NCBI RefSeq assembly: GCF_964188315.1
Contig: NC_135667.1
Span: 25,048,001-25,112,000 of the forward strand
Direction: 5' to 3'
Source: Podarcis muralis
Taxonomy: Eukaryota
Length of the DNA: 64,000 nt
Notes under the pieces: model-generated
The model's input: only the letters and a program-made list of their open reading frames with translations
Database searches by the model: none
What the model was told of the DNA's origin: nothing
Made by a program: the position numbers and the translations under genes
Part shown: positions 61,341 to 64,000 of the stretch, piece after piece
How positions within the stretch are numbered: the stretch's first letter is position 1
Layout: each line of letters begins with the position of its first letter

Positions 61341-61776
61341 CTGATGGAGAAAAAACAGTGCTGATGAGAGCAAAGAAATAGCACATGTCTGAGCTGTTGT
61401 TGGGAGCTCCTAGAATCTAATTATACTATTAACTTTCAATATATGAAATGCATAATTTCCCCCCACTGCATAACTAATATTAGCAAGTAATGTTGGCATA
61501 ATACTTCCCAGCCAGCATAATCATGAAGTGGTGCAAACTTAAATTTCTGCAAAAAAATATATTAAAAAGTTTCAATGCTTTAGACAAAAGGAATGGATTA
61601 AGTGTGGACTCCCACACATACTCACTGGGGAGTTAGCCCCCTTGAACTCAATAAGACTTGCTTCTATAAAGACATGGGTTTGCATTTTAGGATCGAGTGT
61701 GGGTGGGTAATTTCAACTTTCTCCTCCCAAACCAAGACAAAGTGTATAGCCTTAATTTATTTTAATTACATGTTGT

Positions 61777-61812
61777 GATAGCTCAGTCAGTAGAGCATGA
61801 GACTCTTATTCT
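61777..61812 (+). other. tRNA-Lys-like 5' fragment (probably a SINE head)
   Basis: gatagctcagtcagtagagcatgagactctta matches the D-arm and anticodon stem of tRNA-Lys(CUU); no T-arm follows. Confidence 0.55.
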
Positions 61813-62499
61813 ATGTTTAATAATTCTTTATATTAAATTTCCATGTTCTGAGATTACAGAGGTGAATTCAATTAGCTCAGTGGTTAACTACCCCATCTCT
61901 TTTATTGATCAACACCCCGTTCTCATGTCACAGCACAGGAAGGAGTGTTTCTTATCTGAATTTTTGTTGATGATGTTACTGTCTCTCCATGAAATGGGGG
62001 TTGAGGAAATGATAGTGATTTTACTAATTATAGAGTTCGTGAACAGTTCCTGGTGTGAGAACTGTATGTCTATGTAATAAAAAAAAGCCATGTTGGTAAC
62101 ACCTGCTCCCTACTATGAAAAGTTATATCCTTTGAAACATCTGTGTATTACAAGTGCGTAGAACTAGCGAACCTTTAAAGGCTGCTGGACTCCAGCCCAC
62201 ATCTGTTCTAGCCAGGTATTGGCTAGATGTAGTCTAATCGGTTGGAAGTAGGACACACATTTTGGAGGTTCCACTCCTACCAGCTGGACTGCTACCAATG
62301 AATAGGCATTCAAGACTTTTATTTGGACTCTTGTGTTTATGCAGTGATGTCAAGCAAACATTCAATTTTATTTCCCATGCTACTTTAATCTATTCTATAT
62401 GAAACCCGGGCATCATCTGGAGACTTAGTGTGAAGTATTCCTAATGTGTGGGTGACACCGAATTCTATCTTTTCATATTATATGATTCAGGAGGCCTTG

Positions 62500-62600
62500 C
62501 AAGTGCAAGAATAGTGTCTGGAGGCCCTGATGGGCTGCCTGAGGGCCAATAAATTGAAGCTGAATACTGATAGATCACAAGCTTTGTGGATAAGTGGTTT
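62500..62600 (+). mobile_element. L2-clade LINE RT fragment
   Basis: Translation CLEALMGCLRANKLKLNTDRSQALW resembles CLxxVxxWMxxNKLKLNPDKTEVLW. Confidence 0.7.
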
Positions 62601-62846
62601 TAGGTCCAAAAACAAGACTGACACCATTCCCCACCCCAGAGCCCAGGAATTTAAGAATCTATTAGTCTTCCTTAATTTACCATGTCCTTCATTATATTGA
62701 CATTATTGCTGGCCATGGATCATTTTATGGCAGTACGCAAGATGCTTTATAATGAAATTCTTATCTGGTTTATTAGCAATTTAATGCATAGTTTAAAATA
62801 CAGTACCATTGATGAACACTCTTCCATTGTTAACAATACATTTCTA

Positions 62847-63785
62847 TTAGGTCTTGTTCAATACATTCCTTCCCAAAGCTCTCATTAATGCCTCTTTGAC
62901 TTCCTTGTTCCTGAAACTATATATAATGGGATTTAGCATAGGATTGATTACTGCATAAAATATAGAAATCATTTTATCATTCTCAGGGGAGTAAAATGAT
63001 TTTGGCCTCATGTACATGAACATTCCTGTGCCATAATAGATGGTCACTACTGTTAGATGGGAAGAGCATGTGGAAAAAGCTTTGTGTCTGCCACTAGTGG
63101 TACGGATTCTGATGATAGCAGCAATGATGTAGCCGTAGGACACCAGAACCAGGATAAAGGGCAGCATTAAAGTGCCTGCACCCCCTATCAACATCAGAAG
63201 TTCATTTAAGGTGGTATCAGTACAGATCATGTGCAGCAGAATGGGAGCCTCACAGAAAACGTGATTAATAACATAGGGTCCACAAAGAGGGGGCAAAGAT
63301 AAGTAGAGTGGAACCACAGAGAGTAGAAAACTGATGGTCCAAGATGCTGCTGCAGTCTTCACACAAACACGGTAGCTCATTATTGTGGTGTAACGCAAGG
63401 GATGGCACACTGCTACATAGCGGTCAAATGCCATCACTGCTAGAAGGAGACATTCTGCTGCTCCCATAAAGAGGGAGATATAGGTTTGCAGCATGCACAG
63501 ATGATATGATATAGTTTTCTTGGTGGATATCAGGTTGGCCAACATTTTGGGGACCACAGCAGTGGTGTAGCAAAGGTTCAGAAATGCCAAGTGTTGAAGG
63601 AAAAAATACATGGGAGTATGCAGATGGGGATCTGCTGTGGCCAAGCAAATTATACTAATGTTCCCAAGAAGGGTTGCAGCATATAGAAAGAAGAAGATTG
63701 CAAAGAGTAAAGGTTCCATTTCTGGATGATTAGAAAAACCCAAAAGCATGAATTCCCAAACTTCTGTTTCATTTGTTGGTCTCAT
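62847..63785 (-). CDS. Olfactory receptor, OR2/OR13-like, intact, 312 aa
   Basis: Likely start MRPTNETEV at 63785, downstream of acceptor ctcttctcccag; LHTPMYFFL, MAFDRYVAVC, KAFSTCSSH, PMLNPIIYSFRN. Confidence 0.93.
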   Translation of the reverse strand: MRPTNETEVWEFMLLGFSNHPEMEPLLFAIFFFLYAATLLGNISIICLATADPHLHTPMYFFLQHLAFLNLCYTTAVVPKMLANLISTKKTISYHLCMLQTYISLFMGAAECLLLAVMAFDRYVAVCHPLRYTTIMSYRVCVKTAAASWTISFLLSVVPLYLSLPPLCGPYVINHVFCEAPILLHMICTDTTLNELLMLIGGAGTLMLPFILVLVSYGYIIAAIIRIRTTSGRHKAFSTCSSHLTVVTIYYGTGMFMYMRPKSFYSPENDKMISIFYAVINPMLNPIIYSFRNKEVKEALMRALGRNVLNKT

Positions 63786-64000
63786 AATGCCCCATCGATT
63801 CCAACTATTGGGAAGGGGGAACCTGGGAGAAGAGCAGACAAAACTACCTTTTAGAATGTGAGAATATAGATATATCATCATATATCCTAAACCTAAATCC
63901 TACATCTAAAGTATCATTCATCAAACACAAAATACAATTAATGCAATGTTGTTCTATAACTTCCATCAGTTTGTCAAGTCAAGTTTTAGTTTTCAGTTTT

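Noticed and set aside
61777-61812. Possible tRNA-Lys gene
   Set aside because: Only the 5' ~36 nt match; no T-arm, B box or acceptor stem
61341-62846. Search for V2R exons 1-2
   Set aside because: The only CAG|GT candidate (~62103) has an in-frame stop 16 codons upstream and no IPQ motif; the region contains SINE and L2 debris

Overview
Vertebrate chemoreceptor locus, most likely from a lacertid lizard (inferred from Sauria SINE, Squam3-like SINE and squamate L2/CR1 content). The window holds 9 intact single-exon olfactory receptor (OR) ORFs: four OR6M1-like, four OR4D5-like and one OR2/13-like. It also holds one OR4D-like gene split by a complete, single-ORF Ty3/Gypsy (Mag-type) LTR retrotransposon with near-identical LTRs, and one 5' OR stub at the junction of a ~10.3 kb tandem duplication. 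Exons 3-6 of an apparently intact vomeronasal type-2 receptor (V2R) are present. Its exons 1-2 are not visible before the next same-strand OR, so that OR may be nested in a V2R intron. Other points of interest are a 301-bp tract of perfect identity between OR paralogs (gene conversion), a triple-nested SINE forming a near-spacerless inverted repeat, and non-canonical GPCR motifs in the OR4D-like clade. Two N gaps show this is a scaffolded assembly. All alignments and counts were done by eye; family names rest on recalled motifs, not database searches.
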